DNA from: Candidatus Nomurabacteria bacterium
GTDB lineage: Bacteria; Patescibacteriota; Minisyncoccia; Phycocordibacterales; UBA9973
Length of the DNA: 64,000 bases
NCBI GenBank assembly: GCA_023267215.1
Contig: JAHFNS010000001.1
Coordinates: 98,736 to 162,735, forward strand
Direction: 5' to 3'
Shown: positions 56,203 through 64,000 of the stretch, one piece after another
Numbering within the stretch: the stretch's first letter is position 1
Layout: each line of letters opens with the position of its first letter
Program-made: the position numbers and the translations under genes
Notes under the pieces: model-generated
Databases searched by the model: none
What the model was told of the DNA's origin: nothing
Seen by the model: only the letters and a program-made list of their open reading frames with translations

Positions 56203-56460
56203 CTATGAAAGATGTTTAGAAACAAGCTTTGTCATTTCAAACATATTGACTACTTTTTTACCACCAAATACTTCCTTAAGGAGAGCATCAGCATTGATAT
56301 TACGCTTATTCTTTGGGTCTTGAAGATTATTCTTCTTGATATACACCCACAATGCCTTTACCACTTCAGATCTAGGCATAGAACCTTTACCGACTACTGC
56401 TGCTAATTGGAGACTCACACTCATTGGCTTCATAAATGCGGAAACTTTTTTTACTACCAT
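56203..56460 (-). CDS. Standalone SWIB/MDM2 domain protein
   Basis: LAAVVG..MPRSEVVKALWVYIKKNNLQDPKNKRNINAD..MFEMTKLVSKHL. Confidence 0.92.
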   Translation of the reverse strand: MVVKKVSAFMKPMSVSLQLAAVVGKGSMPRSEVVKALWVYIKKNNLQDPKNKRNINADALLKEVFGGKKVVNMFEMTKLVSKHLS

Positions 56461-56531
56461 ATTTTTTTTATTAATTAATAATATTTATATATTATAGCAC
56501 ATTTTATTAAGAATAATAGTCATATATAAAA

Positions 56532-56786
56532 TTAAAATTTATATCCTTCAGATTTTAAAATTCTTTTCTTTTTATCCGGCCCCCGATTGTATCCACCAAG
56601 CCCTCCATCAGAACGAATGACTCTATGGCAGGGAATTTTAGGGTTGTGATTTCTATTTAAAATATTCCCAACTGCCCGACTCGCTTTTATATTCCCTGCT
56701 CTCCTCGCCACTTCCTTATACGTCAAAACTTTTCCTTTTGGAATTTTCTTAACAACTTCATATACTTTTTCTGAAAAAGATTTCAT
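56532..56786 (-). CDS. MGMT family methylated-DNA cysteine methyltransferase (C-terminal domain only)
   Basis: IPKGKVLTY, RAVG, PCHRV. Confidence 0.9.
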   Translation of the reverse strand: MKSFSEKVYEVVKKIPKGKVLTYKEVARRAGNIKASRAVGNILNRNHNPKIPCHRVIRSDGGLGGYNRGPDKKKRILKSEGYKF

Positions 56787-56798
56787 ATCTAGAATATT

Positions 56799-56828
56799 CA
56801 TCCCAACAAACTCCAGTTTGTAAGGATA
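56799..56828. repeat. 30-bp palindrome family C, copy 1
   Basis: CATCCCAACAAACTCCAGTTTGTAAGGATA. Confidence 0.85.
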
Positions 56829-56838
56829 TTAATAATAC

Positions 56839-57063
56839 TTAATCTTCAATTATTAAAAGTTTACTTTCGCTTTGATGCCCGTTTATGATGCGTATTTTGG
56901 AAAATGGAAGTTTAAAATGCAAAGAAAGAAGCTCTATCACTCGCTTATTGGCTAAATTACGCTCAGCTTTTTCTTTGACAGAAACTAAAAAATGATCTTC
57001 CGATTTTTGTTTCAGAGATTCCTTTTTCGCCTTAGTTGCAACTTTCACATGAATGTATTTCAT
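56839..57063 (-). CDS. DUF167/YggU family protein, copy 1
   Basis: IHVKV..SVKEKAERNLANKRVIELL..INGHQSESK. Confidence 0.85.
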   Translation of the reverse strand: MKYIHVKVATKAKKESLKQKSEDHFLVSVKEKAERNLANKRVIELLSLHFKLPFSKIRIINGHQSESKLLIIED

Positions 57064-57067
57064 TTTA

Positions 57068-57439
57068 TTAAAACCAAATCTCAATAGTAATTAAAATATC
57101 TATGCCATCATAAAGATTTTCCTGAAAGCGGATTTGTTTTTTGAGAGGCAAAATGTATGTCGGAGAATACCAATCCGGGAAAATAGAAGTCGTCCACTCC
57201 GTCTTCTTTATCTTCGCCTTGGCATAGACAGCTCCGAACCCTCTCCTCAGCTTCCCCTTCTGCATTTCCCTAATCTTCGCCGAAATATCCTCCGGCACCC
57301 GCGCAAATCTCCAAGCCGAATCTTTTTCGCTCTTGTCATACCCGTATACCCAAACAATAACCTTACTCTTAAACCTAAAAGTCCCTCTTATCTTCCCTTT
57401 TCTAATTTTTTTAGTTTTAGATTTTAGATTCTTTGGCAT
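57068..57439 (-). CDS. DUF1905 family protein, copy 1
   Basis: WRFARVP..RGFGAV..A.I..TEWTTSIFP..YILPLKK. Confidence 0.8.
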   Translation of the reverse strand: MPKNLKSKTKKIRKGKIRGTFRFKSKVIVWVYGYDKSEKDSAWRFARVPEDISAKIREMQKGKLRRGFGAVYAKAKIKKTEWTTSIFPDWYSPTYILPLKKQIRFQENLYDGIDILITIEIWF

Positions 57440-58304
57440 TAATTTTCCATACTCCTTTTTCACGAAAAGCTGGGATTGTTTGACGTCTAGCCATATTAAT
57501 CAAACTGGCTAAAGATTGTAAATTTTTCTTTGCATATTCTGCCAGAGTTATTATTTCGGCACCCTTTAAATATGCAATTCTTTTATTTAGACTTTCAGAA
57601 AGAGCTAAATATAAAACTTGTTCCATTTCTTTTGTTGATTTTTTAACTTTAAAATTTGAAAAAGTTTTGTAATATATATGCTTTTCTTTATCACGAATAA
57701 TAATATTCGGATAACCAAATTCTTGAAGCTGTAAATTAATAAGGACACGACCGATACGCCCATTACCGTCACAAAATGGATGAATATGTTCAAATTCTAA
57801 ATGAAAATAAGCTATTTTTTTAAAAATATTTATATCATGATCTGTTTTATAATCATTCAATAATACTTCTACCATTCTCATGACATGTTCTGGTGCAGGT
57901 GCAATATGGTTACTGACTCTAACAAATTCACCTGCTTTTCTAAATCTACCAGCAATAGAATCATCTATTCCACCGATAAGTAAGCTATGAATAAAAAGAA
58001 CCGTTTCTTGGTTTAAGACGATGCTATTTTTTTTTGCTTTTATATATTCATAAACTCGAGCTAAATTTTTTGCTTCAAAAACCTCACGGAGTGAATAATT
58101 TTTGGAAACTTCCAAATCTAAAAGAATCTTCTCTGTGTCTGGAAGAGTGAGTGTTGAATTTTCAATTGCATTTGAGTTGTATACGGATTCAGCAAGCTCT
58201 ACTTCGTCTAAAACTGTCAAAAGAGACTCTTTCCCCTTTTTTAGAGAATCAAGAGACTTTTTTAAATTTATTATATTTTGAAACTTCTTATTTACTTTAT
58301 TCAT
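57417..58304 (-). CDS. Fic family protein with C-terminal HTH-like extension
   Basis: SNAIEN, HPFCDGNGRIGR. Confidence 0.92.
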   Translation of the reverse strand: MNKVNKKFQNIINLKKSLDSLKKGKESLLTVLDEVELAESVYNSNAIENSTLTLPDTEKILLDLEVSKNYSLREVFEAKNLARVYEYIKAKKNSIVLNQETVLFIHSLLIGGIDDSIAGRFRKAGEFVRVSNHIAPAPEHVMRMVEVLLNDYKTDHDINIFKKIAYFHLEFEHIHPFCDGNGRIGRVLINLQLQEFGYPNIIIRDKEKHIYYKTFSNFKVKKSTKEMEQVLYLALSESLNKRIAYLKGAEIITLAEYAKKNLQSLASLINMARRQTIPAFREKGVWKINAKESKI

Positions 58305-58318
58305 AAATATATACTTAT

Positions 58319-58347
58319 AGTATAGTCTATTTACTGTTTATTGTCAA
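58319..58347 (-). promoter_or_regulatory. Sigma70 promoter of the fic gene
   Basis: TTGACA-17-TATACT; 13-bp inverted repeat at 58350-58391 just upstream. Confidence 0.75.
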
Positions 58348-58420
58348 GTAAAACGTAAATATGAGGTAAAAACAGCCTATATTTACGTTTTTTAATTTTA
58401 ACCTTTAAATTCTTTGGCAT

Positions 58421-58864
58421 TTATTTATCAAACTGACTAACCCAAAATATTTTTTTATCTTTTAACCATTTTAGTATCTGTTTCTTTAATGCAATTGGGT
58501 AAATTTTTTCTTTCATAAATTGCTCTTTGGAAAATAGAGCAAATTCAATATGGCCTTCTTGGCTTTTTGTTTTAATCTTTTTTACTTCTGTTTTAAATAC
58601 TAAATTTATTTCGTGACGTCTTTGCCCTTCTTCTATATAAATATTATCAGCAACACCAATAAAGGTTATTTTCTTTACTTCTATATTTAATTCTTCCTTA
58701 AATTCACGTTTAATCGCTTTTTCTATTTTTTCATTAAATTCTAAATGCCCACCTGGTAAAAAATAGTTACCATGTTTCTTACTCCTACAAATTAATATTT
58801 TATTATTATCAAAAACAACAGCTCGAATAATAACCTCAACTATATTTTTATATTTATATTTCAT
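58421..58864 (-). CDS. NUDIX hydrolase
   Basis: LPGGHLEFNE..AIKREFKEEL. Confidence 0.9.
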   Translation of the reverse strand: MKYKYKNIVEVIIRAVVFDNNKILICRSKKHGNYFLPGGHLEFNEKIEKAIKREFKEELNIEVKKITFIGVADNIYIEEGQRRHEINLVFKTEVKKIKTKSQEGHIEFALFSKEQFMKEKIYPIALKKQILKWLKDKKIFWVSQFDK

Positions 58865-58875
58865 ATTTTTATATT

Positions 58876-58905
58876 CATCCTTACAAACTCCAGTTTGTAA
58901 GGATG
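58876..58905. repeat. 30-bp palindrome family C, copy 2 (perfect arms)
   Basis: CATCCTTACAAACT-cc-AGTTTGTAAGGATG. Confidence 0.9.
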
Positions 58906-59193
58906 TTAATTAAACTGTTGAAATGATTTTAAAAAGTTAACAAACATTTTACCATATGGAGATAAAGTGTGTTCGACAAACTTACCTTTATATCTTTTAT
59001 TAACTAATCCTGCTTGATGAAGTCTTCGAGTGTGTTCACCTATTGTTTTTGGATTTGCCTTAAGCGTATCAATAATATCATCGAGAGTTATCCCATTTTC
59101 TTTTTGTACAAGGAGCAATATCTCAATGCGATAGTGATTTGCTATCCCTTTTAGATGTCGCTCCATTTGTTTTGCTGTTTTTATTTTTGCCAT
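58906..59193 (-). CDS. ArsR-like winged-helix regulator
   Basis: LKGIANHYRIEILLL..HTRRLHQAGLV; ATG at 59193 follows TATAAT. Confidence 0.8.
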   Translation of the reverse strand: MAKIKTAKQMERHLKGIANHYRIEILLLVQKENGITLDDIIDTLKANPKTIGEHTRRLHQAGLVNKRYKGKFVEHTLSPYGKMFVNFLKSFQQFN

Positions 59194-59210
59194 ATTTATA
59201 TTATATACTA

Positions 59211-59240
59211 CATCCTTACAAACTCCAGTTTGTTGGGGTG
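59211..59240. repeat. 30-bp palindrome family C, copy 3
   Basis: CATCCTTACAAACTCCAGTTTGTTGGGGTG. Confidence 0.85.
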
Positions 59241-59251
59241 TTAATTTGATA

Positions 59252-59623
59252 TTAGAACCAGATTTGGATTGAGATTGAGATTTGGATATCATCATAAAGA
59301 TTTTCCTTGTAACGGATTTGTTTTTTGAGAGGCAAAATGTATGTCGGAGAATACCAGTCTGGAAAAATTGAAGTCGTCCACTCCGTCTTCTTTATCTTCG
59401 CTTTGGCATAAATAGCTCCCCATCCCCGTCGTGGCTTCCCTTTCTGCATCTTTTTAATCTTAGCCGAAATGTCCTCCGGTACCCGAGCGAATCTCCAAGC
59501 ACTATCAATATTCTCCCTATTAGTACCGTAGCTCCAAACAATAACTTTACTTTTGAATTTGAAAATCCATTTTATTTTGCTTTGACTAATTTTTTTAGTT
59601 TTAATATTTAAATTCTTTTGCAT
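59252..59623 (-). CDS. DUF1905 family protein, copy 2
   Basis: Close paralog of 57068-57439 (identical KIKKTEWTTSIFPDWYSPTYILPLKKQIR). Confidence 0.8.
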   Translation of the reverse strand: MQKNLNIKTKKISQSKIKWIFKFKSKVIVWSYGTNRENIDSAWRFARVPEDISAKIKKMQKGKPRRGWGAIYAKAKIKKTEWTTSIFPDWYSPTYILPLKKQIRYKENLYDDIQISISIQIWF

Positions 59624-59671
59624 TTTTTAAAAAAATTCATTCATCTTGTATATATTTTTTTAATATATCAT

Positions 59672-59896
59672 TTAATCTTCAATTACCAAAAGCTTACTTG
59701 GGCTTCTGTGGCCATTTATGATTCTTGTTTTTGACACAGGTATTTTGAAATGAAGAGAGATGAGTTCCAACACTCTTTTATTAGCTAAATTACGCTCGGC
59801 TTTTTCTTTGACCGAAACTTCAAAATGATCCTCAGATTTTTGCTTAAAGGATTCTTTTTTCATTCCAGCCATAACTTTTACGTGAATGTATTTCAT
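59672..59896 (-). CDS. DUF167/YggU family protein, copy 2
   Basis: 74 aa, same length as and closely similar to 56839-57063. Confidence 0.85.
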   Translation of the reverse strand: MKYIHVKVMAGMKKESFKQKSEDHFEVSVKEKAERNLANKRVLELISLHFKIPVSKTRIINGHRSPSKLLVIED

Positions 59897-59980
59897 TTTA
59901 TTATTTACTTTTTCAATGCAATTGGGTAAATTTTTTCTTTCATAAATCAATTATAACCCACTAACTCATGAATTAATAAT

Positions 59981-60010
59981 AAAAAATCCACTTACAGAAG
60001 TGGATTTTTT
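59981..60010 (-). terminator. Intrinsic terminator
   Basis: AAAAAATCCACTT-acag-AAGTGGATTTTTT. Confidence 0.8.
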
Positions 60011-60037
60011 AATCTAAATATTGAGATAATCTAGAGA

Positions 60038-60601
60038 TTATTTAATACAAGCTGCTTTGGCTGTTGTGAAAGCTGTATTAGCTGCTGTTTTAGCATCTTT
60101 CATAGCTACGACAGCTGCATCCTTTGCAGACTTACGAGCTGCCACGGCTGCTGTTTTAGCATCTTTCATAGCTACGACAGCTGCATCCTTTGCAGACTTA
60201 CGAGCTGCTATAGCTGTTGTCATAGCTGTCTTTTTAGCTGTTGCATTAGTCAAGGCTTTTGCTGCTGCTACAGCTATCGTATAAGTGCTATTAGCATCTT
60301 TAATAGCTCCTGTATAAGTAGTATTTGAAGATTTAACTGCTGTAACATAGGTAGTATTAGCATCTTTTACTGCTGCAGTGTAAGTTTTATTAGCATCTTT
60401 TACCGCTACCTTTTTTGCAGTAGTCGCATCTGCAACACATTTTTTTTGATCAACTGTTAATTTAGTTTTAGAAGTCGGTGCACTTGTTGTCGTTGGAGTA
60501 GTTACGTCAGTAGATGTAGTATTTTCTTGTGCATATGCAAGAGAAGATACAAACAATACACCAACCAACAATGATCCAACAAATAATTTTGATTTATTCA
60601 T
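60038..60601 (-). CDS. Secreted Ala/Lys/Thr-rich protein with 11-residue repeats
   Basis: Signal peptide ending AYA, KDANxTYxxAV repeats, two Cys. Confidence 0.8.
   Translation of the reverse strand: MNKSKLFVGSLLVGVLFVSSLAYAQENTTSTDVTTPTTTSAPTSKTKLTVDQKKCVADATTAKKVAVKDANKTYTAAVKDANTTYVTAVKSSNTTYTGAIKDANSTYTIAVAAAKALTNATAKKTAMTTAIAARKSAKDAAVVAMKDAKTAAVAARKSAKDAAVVAMKDAKTAANTAFTTAKAACIK
60081..60208. repeat. 66-bp period tandem duplication
   Basis: 60081-60142 identical to 60147-60208. Confidence 0.9.
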
Positions 60602-60637
60602 AATTTATTTTATATTTATTATTTTAATAAACTAATA

Positions 60638-60695
60638 TATTCGACCTTTTGCTATCTATAGTATATACGATAGAGAAGACTTGAATATGACAAAA
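60638..60695 (-). promoter_or_regulatory. Candidate ECF promoter plus AGGTCGAATA leader motif
   Basis: TTTTGTCATATT-N13-TCGTA..AGGTCGAATA. Confidence 0.65.
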
Positions 60696-60724
60696 TTATT
60701 TATTAAAAATACGTTTTTTTACTT

Positions 60725-61900
60725 TTATTTTTTTCTATTCTCTCTAAAAGAATCATCAAATATCTCATAATAATCAGCATATATGTATTTCTGTCCATAA
60801 TCTATATTACCCAGAGACTCTAGAATTCCCAATTTCTTAAGTCTTTCAATAACCTTATAAGCACCTGGTGCAGTAAAACCAGTCCACTTCATAATTTCTG
60901 CTACACCAACTATTGGCTGACTAAAAAGTTTTCTAACAATTTCTAATGTTGACTCCGCTGATTTTTTACCTAATTTCTGCATTTTAGCAAAATCACGATC
61001 ACGTAAAGCTGTAATTTTTGTACAAGTTTCAATTGAAGAATCAGCTATTTCTATTACACCTTCAAGAAAAAATTCTAACCAACTATTAATATTAGAATCT
61101 TCGTCGTGATAATCTTGTAATTTCTGATAATATAGTTTTTGATATTTTTTGAAATAACTTGAAAGATATAAAACAGGTAATTCAAGTAACCCGATATGAT
61201 GAATAAACATCGCTATAAGTATTCTACCTGTTCTACCGTTGCCATCAGTAAAGGGATGAATTGTTTCAAATTGCGCATGTAAAAATGCAGCCTTTATTAA
61301 AGAAGGATAATCATCTTTATCGTTAATAAATTTTTCTAAATCATCAAGAGATTTATTCATATCTAAAACAGCAGGAGGAACAAAAGATGCATCACTTGGA
61401 GTTTTTCCTCCAATCCAATTTTGGGAATGACGAAATTCCCCAGGATAAGCATGTTGAGTAGAACGTGCATCCACCATGAGTCTTTCATGTAGCTCTTTAA
61501 TAAATCGTAAAGAAAATGGAAAATCTTTCACACGATCAATGCCATAATTTGCAGCTCTTATGTAGTGTTCTATGTCGTCTACATCTTTATTCTTTCTCTC
61601 TTTTTTTTCAGTGACTGGCGCCGCTACGGCATCTTGCATTGTAGCTTTCGTTCCTTCTATTTGACTTGAATAAGTTGCATCCTTAGCAACGAACATGAAA
61701 ACAAAATAATCTTTATCTGGTAAAAGACGAGTGATACCATCAAGTTTACCAACAAGACGAATTGCTTCCTCATGTTTTTTATACAACTTAGGACTGATAA
61801 AAAAACCTTCCTTGGGTGGAAAATCAAAAGGGGTAAAGGTTTTATATCCTCCTTTTTGCTCTATATATCTACCTATTTTTTGTTTGTTTATATTGCTCAT
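60725..61900 (-). CDS. Fic family protein (Fic_N + Fic + winged helix)
   Basis: SSQIEGT, HPFTDGNGRTGR. Confidence 0.92.
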   Translation of the reverse strand: MSNINKQKIGRYIEQKGGYKTFTPFDFPPKEGFFISPKLYKKHEEAIRLVGKLDGITRLLPDKDYFVFMFVAKDATYSSQIEGTKATMQDAVAAPVTEKKERKNKDVDDIEHYIRAANYGIDRVKDFPFSLRFIKELHERLMVDARSTQHAYPGEFRHSQNWIGGKTPSDASFVPPAVLDMNKSLDDLEKFINDKDDYPSLIKAAFLHAQFETIHPFTDGNGRTGRILIAMFIHHIGLLELPVLYLSSYFKKYQKLYYQKLQDYHDEDSNINSWLEFFLEGVIEIADSSIETCTKITALRDRDFAKMQKLGKKSAESTLEIVRKLFSQPIVGVAEIMKWTGFTAPGAYKVIERLKKLGILESLGNIDYGQKYIYADYYEIFDDSFRENRKK

Positions 61901-61966
61901 ATCAATGTAAACATTTTACCCTATTTCGTTTATATTTGCAACTAAGATATAAACTCAGAAGCCTAC

Positions 61967-62137
61967 TCATTTTTTCTTATCTTGATCTTTTGGAAAGTTA
62001 TTCAAAAAATTCTGCAAGCTAAAAGCTTTTAGTAAGGCCTCTTCAGTCGGGTTCGGATTTCCCCTAATAAGTCTACACACCTCGCAATCATCGTCATCAA
62101 AATCTTCTTCCTTTGGTTTTTTAATTTTTTTCGACAT
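61967..62137 (-). CDS. 56-aa hypothetical protein (absent from the ORF track)
   Basis: MSKKIKKPKEEDFDDDDCEVCRLIRGNPNPTEEALLKAFSLQNFLNNFPKDQDKKK; -10-like TAAAAT upstream. Confidence 0.6.
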   Translation of the reverse strand: MSKKIKKPKEEDFDDDDCEVCRLIRGNPNPTEEALLKAFSLQNFLNNFPKDQDKKK

Positions 62138-62162
62138 AAATATATTTTATACTAATTTTCTA

Positions 62163-62867
62163 TTAAATGCTTACTCCTAAAATTTCCAATTTATCTTTAA
62201 CTTTTTCCCATTTTGGAAATTTTTTATTGAACAACTCAAAAAACCTTTTGTCATGATTTTTGTATTTTAAATGACAAAGTTCATGAACAATTACGTAGTC
62301 AATACATTCTTTGGGTGTACTAATGAGCTTAGGATTGAGAAAAATTTTATCTTTATTCAAAAAACTACCCCAGCGTTTTTTCATTTCTCGTATTTTCAAA
62401 ACTGGATTATTTTTGTAATCAAATTTATTCAACATAGCAGAAAATCTTTCAAGAAAGATTTTCTGCATTTTTTCTAGAAACCAAACATCAATTAATTTCT
62501 TATTGTGCTTACCATTTGATACTAGTTTAGTCGTAGACACCATTAGTTTGCCTTTTGTAAGGGTGACCAGATCTCCCTTGCCGTGTTTAACGACAAGTTT
62601 GTATTGCCTGCCAAGATATAAATATCCTTCACCAGAAATATATTCTTTTTCATAAATATTCCTTTGGTATTTTTTAAAAAAAGAAAGTTGTTTTTCCAAC
62701 CAAAACCACTTTCTTTTTAGAAATGCCTCAATCTTTTTATCATCAGCCTTGTGCGGACACTTAAGGATAATCTTTAGTTTTGGAGTAACTGTCAAAGAAA
62801 GAGTTTTTCTATCTTGTTTTATAAGTTGGTATTCATATATGAATGTGCCAAAAATAAACTTCTTCAT
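62163..62867 (-). CDS. YgjP/DUF45 zinc metalloprotease-like protein
   Basis: RKTLSL, YLGRQY, MKKRWGS, DYVIVHELCH. Confidence 0.9.
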   Translation of the reverse strand: MKKFIFGTFIYEYQLIKQDRKTLSLTVTPKLKIILKCPHKADDKKIEAFLKRKWFWLEKQLSFFKKYQRNIYEKEYISGEGYLYLGRQYKLVVKHGKGDLVTLTKGKLMVSTTKLVSNGKHNKKLIDVWFLEKMQKIFLERFSAMLNKFDYKNNPVLKIREMKKRWGSFLNKDKIFLNPKLISTPKECIDYVIVHELCHLKYKNHDKRFFELFNKKFPKWEKVKDKLEILGVSI

Positions 62868-62871
62868 ATAA

Positions 62872-64000
62872 TTATATAAATAATTCAAAGTTATTTTCTG
62901 CTAAAAGCATAATGGTATCAATAATTGATTTAATAAAATCACTATCAATATCTATTCCTTTTTCTCCTTTTACTACATCATATAAATAGTCGTCAATTGT
63001 GTTTCTAATTTTTCTTTTAACATCTATATTTTTCTGCCAGTCAATTATTGCCCCCTGTTTAAGTATAGAGAAGATATCTAGGACAATTGAGACATATGCC
63101 TCATTTTTGACCCCTAAACCTTCAAATTGGACTTTTAAATTGCGATAAAAGACATCTGAGCCATTTAGCCCTTTTATCTCTTTTGGCAAATCATCGCCTT
63201 TCTTATTGAGCACATCATCACTAATGAGCCTCATCTGCTTTAGAGCTTCAATATCAGCTAGTTTTCCTAATCTCATTTTTTCTATGATTTCCTCTATTTT
63301 CTTTGAAAACCTTTCAAAAAATTCTGGATCTTTATCCATTTGTTCGCTAATAGTCCTTTGCGTTTGAGACGCTATCGCTTCCGCTTTTGACTTATCAGAA
63401 CCAAGGTTTTCGACAGCTTCTTTAAATTGCTCTCTGTCTGTAATATTTACTTGTTTTGTGAGTAATTCAACTCCCTTGGCATCAACATATTTATCAAGAA
63501 TTTTAATTAATGATTCTTTATATTCCGACAAATCAACTCTTTCTCTATAGAGAAGACTGGCTGATTTTCGGATTTCCATAAATTTCTTTAAATCTTTTTT
63601 ATACATTCCTATCTTATCTTTGAATTCATGAACGAAATCTTGCAAAATAAAACATTCGTTTAAGTTTCTTATAAAATCATTTAAGCTTTTATAAAACATT
63701 TCTCTTTTTGCTTCATCCTTAAGAAATTGCAAATAAACTTCGTCGTCAGACGAATTTTTTATTTCATTAAATAAATCGTGAATCAAACCATAACTTTGCT
63801 CCAATTCATTTATTTTCTCTGATACATCAATTAGACTTCCTTTAACATCATTTTCGTCATAATTACCGAAAAGCTTCATGGCTGTATCTATGTTTTTGGC
63901 ATTTTCTGAATAGTCAATAATATATCCAGCCGTCTTTGGCAGTTTATTATTTTCAAAAAGTCTATTTACACGAGCAATTGCTTGAAGTAGCCCGTGGTCG
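62872..64000 (-). CDS. hsdR: Type I restriction enzyme R subunit, C-terminal part (5'-truncated by the window edge)
   Basis: Frame open to the edge: HGLLQAIARVNR (motif VI), GYIIDY, IIDW; followed by the usual DUF45 gene. Confidence 0.9.
   Translation of the reverse strand, partial: DHGLLQAIARVNRLFENNKLPKTAGYIIDYSENAKNIDTAMKLFGNYDENDVKGSLIDVSEKINELEQSYGLIHDLFNEIKNSSDDEVYLQFLKDEAKREMFYKSLNDFIRNLNECFILQDFVHEFKDKIGMYKKDLKKFMEIRKSASLLYRERVDLSEYKESLIKILDKYVDAKGVELLTKQVNITDREQFKEAVENLGSDKSKAEAIASQTQRTISEQMDKDPEFFERFSKKIEEIIEKMRLGKLADIEALKQMRLISDDVLNKKGDDLPKEIKGLNGSDVFYRNLKVQFEGLGVKNEAYVSIVLDIFSILKQGAIIDWQKNIDVKRKIRNTIDDYLYDVVKGEKGIDIDSDFIKSIIDTIMLLAENNFELFI

Noticed and set aside
58331-58420. 29-aa ORF MPKNLKVKIKK...
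   Set aside because: Better explained as a leftover DUF1905 start running into the fic promoter
56799-59240. CRISPR array or integron attC sites from the three 30-bp repeats
   Set aside because: Spacing of 0.3-2 kb contains whole genes and no cas genes are present; 30 bp is too short for attC and no intI is seen
56839-59896. Diversity-generating retroelement template/variable repeats
   Set aside because: Paralog differences are not confined to adenines and there is no reverse transcriptase in the window
1-64000. Alternative genetic code (TGA = Gly), prophage or rRNA genes
   Set aside because: Conserved genes are full length under code 11 and some end in TGA (rseP, murA, scpA); no phage structural genes or rRNA-like sequence seen

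Overview
AT-rich (about 30% GC by eye) bacterial chromosome window using the standard code (TGA = stop). Gene content (HD-SYNTH-TGS RelA, degenerate PriA, Cys-rich zinc-ribbon ORF, standalone SWIB, short intergenic spacers, scarce Shine-Dalgarno sites) points to a CPR/Patescibacteria (Parcubacteria-like) genome; this is inference. It holds housekeeping genes (rsmI, priA, mreB, frr, rseP, mraY-ftsW-murG, gltX, rpmA, rplI, mrdA, dnaX, dus, serS, dprA, topA, relA, parB, murA, miaA, rpmG, alr, ddl, scpAB), three tRNAs (Gln, Leu, Trp), a MacAB-type ABC exporter, an ECF sigma/anti-sigma pair, a phosphohydrolase cluster, a small tRNA-Gln islet, and a shuffled accessory region ending in a type I restriction hsdR. 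The main unexplained signal is several families of short GC-rich palindromes, some nested, lying between genes and also in frame inside conserved genes (rsmI, topA, holB-like, dus, miaA). Other candidates: three 30-bp palindromes at gene junctions in a duplicated and shuffled region (56.8-60 kb), a promoter-hairpin-terminator small RNA facing an orphan PemK/MazF toxin, a shared ECF-type promoter on two distant secreted proteins, and a dif-like site at the gene-orientation switch near 15.1 kb. All family assignments are from recognition of motifs; no database searches were run.
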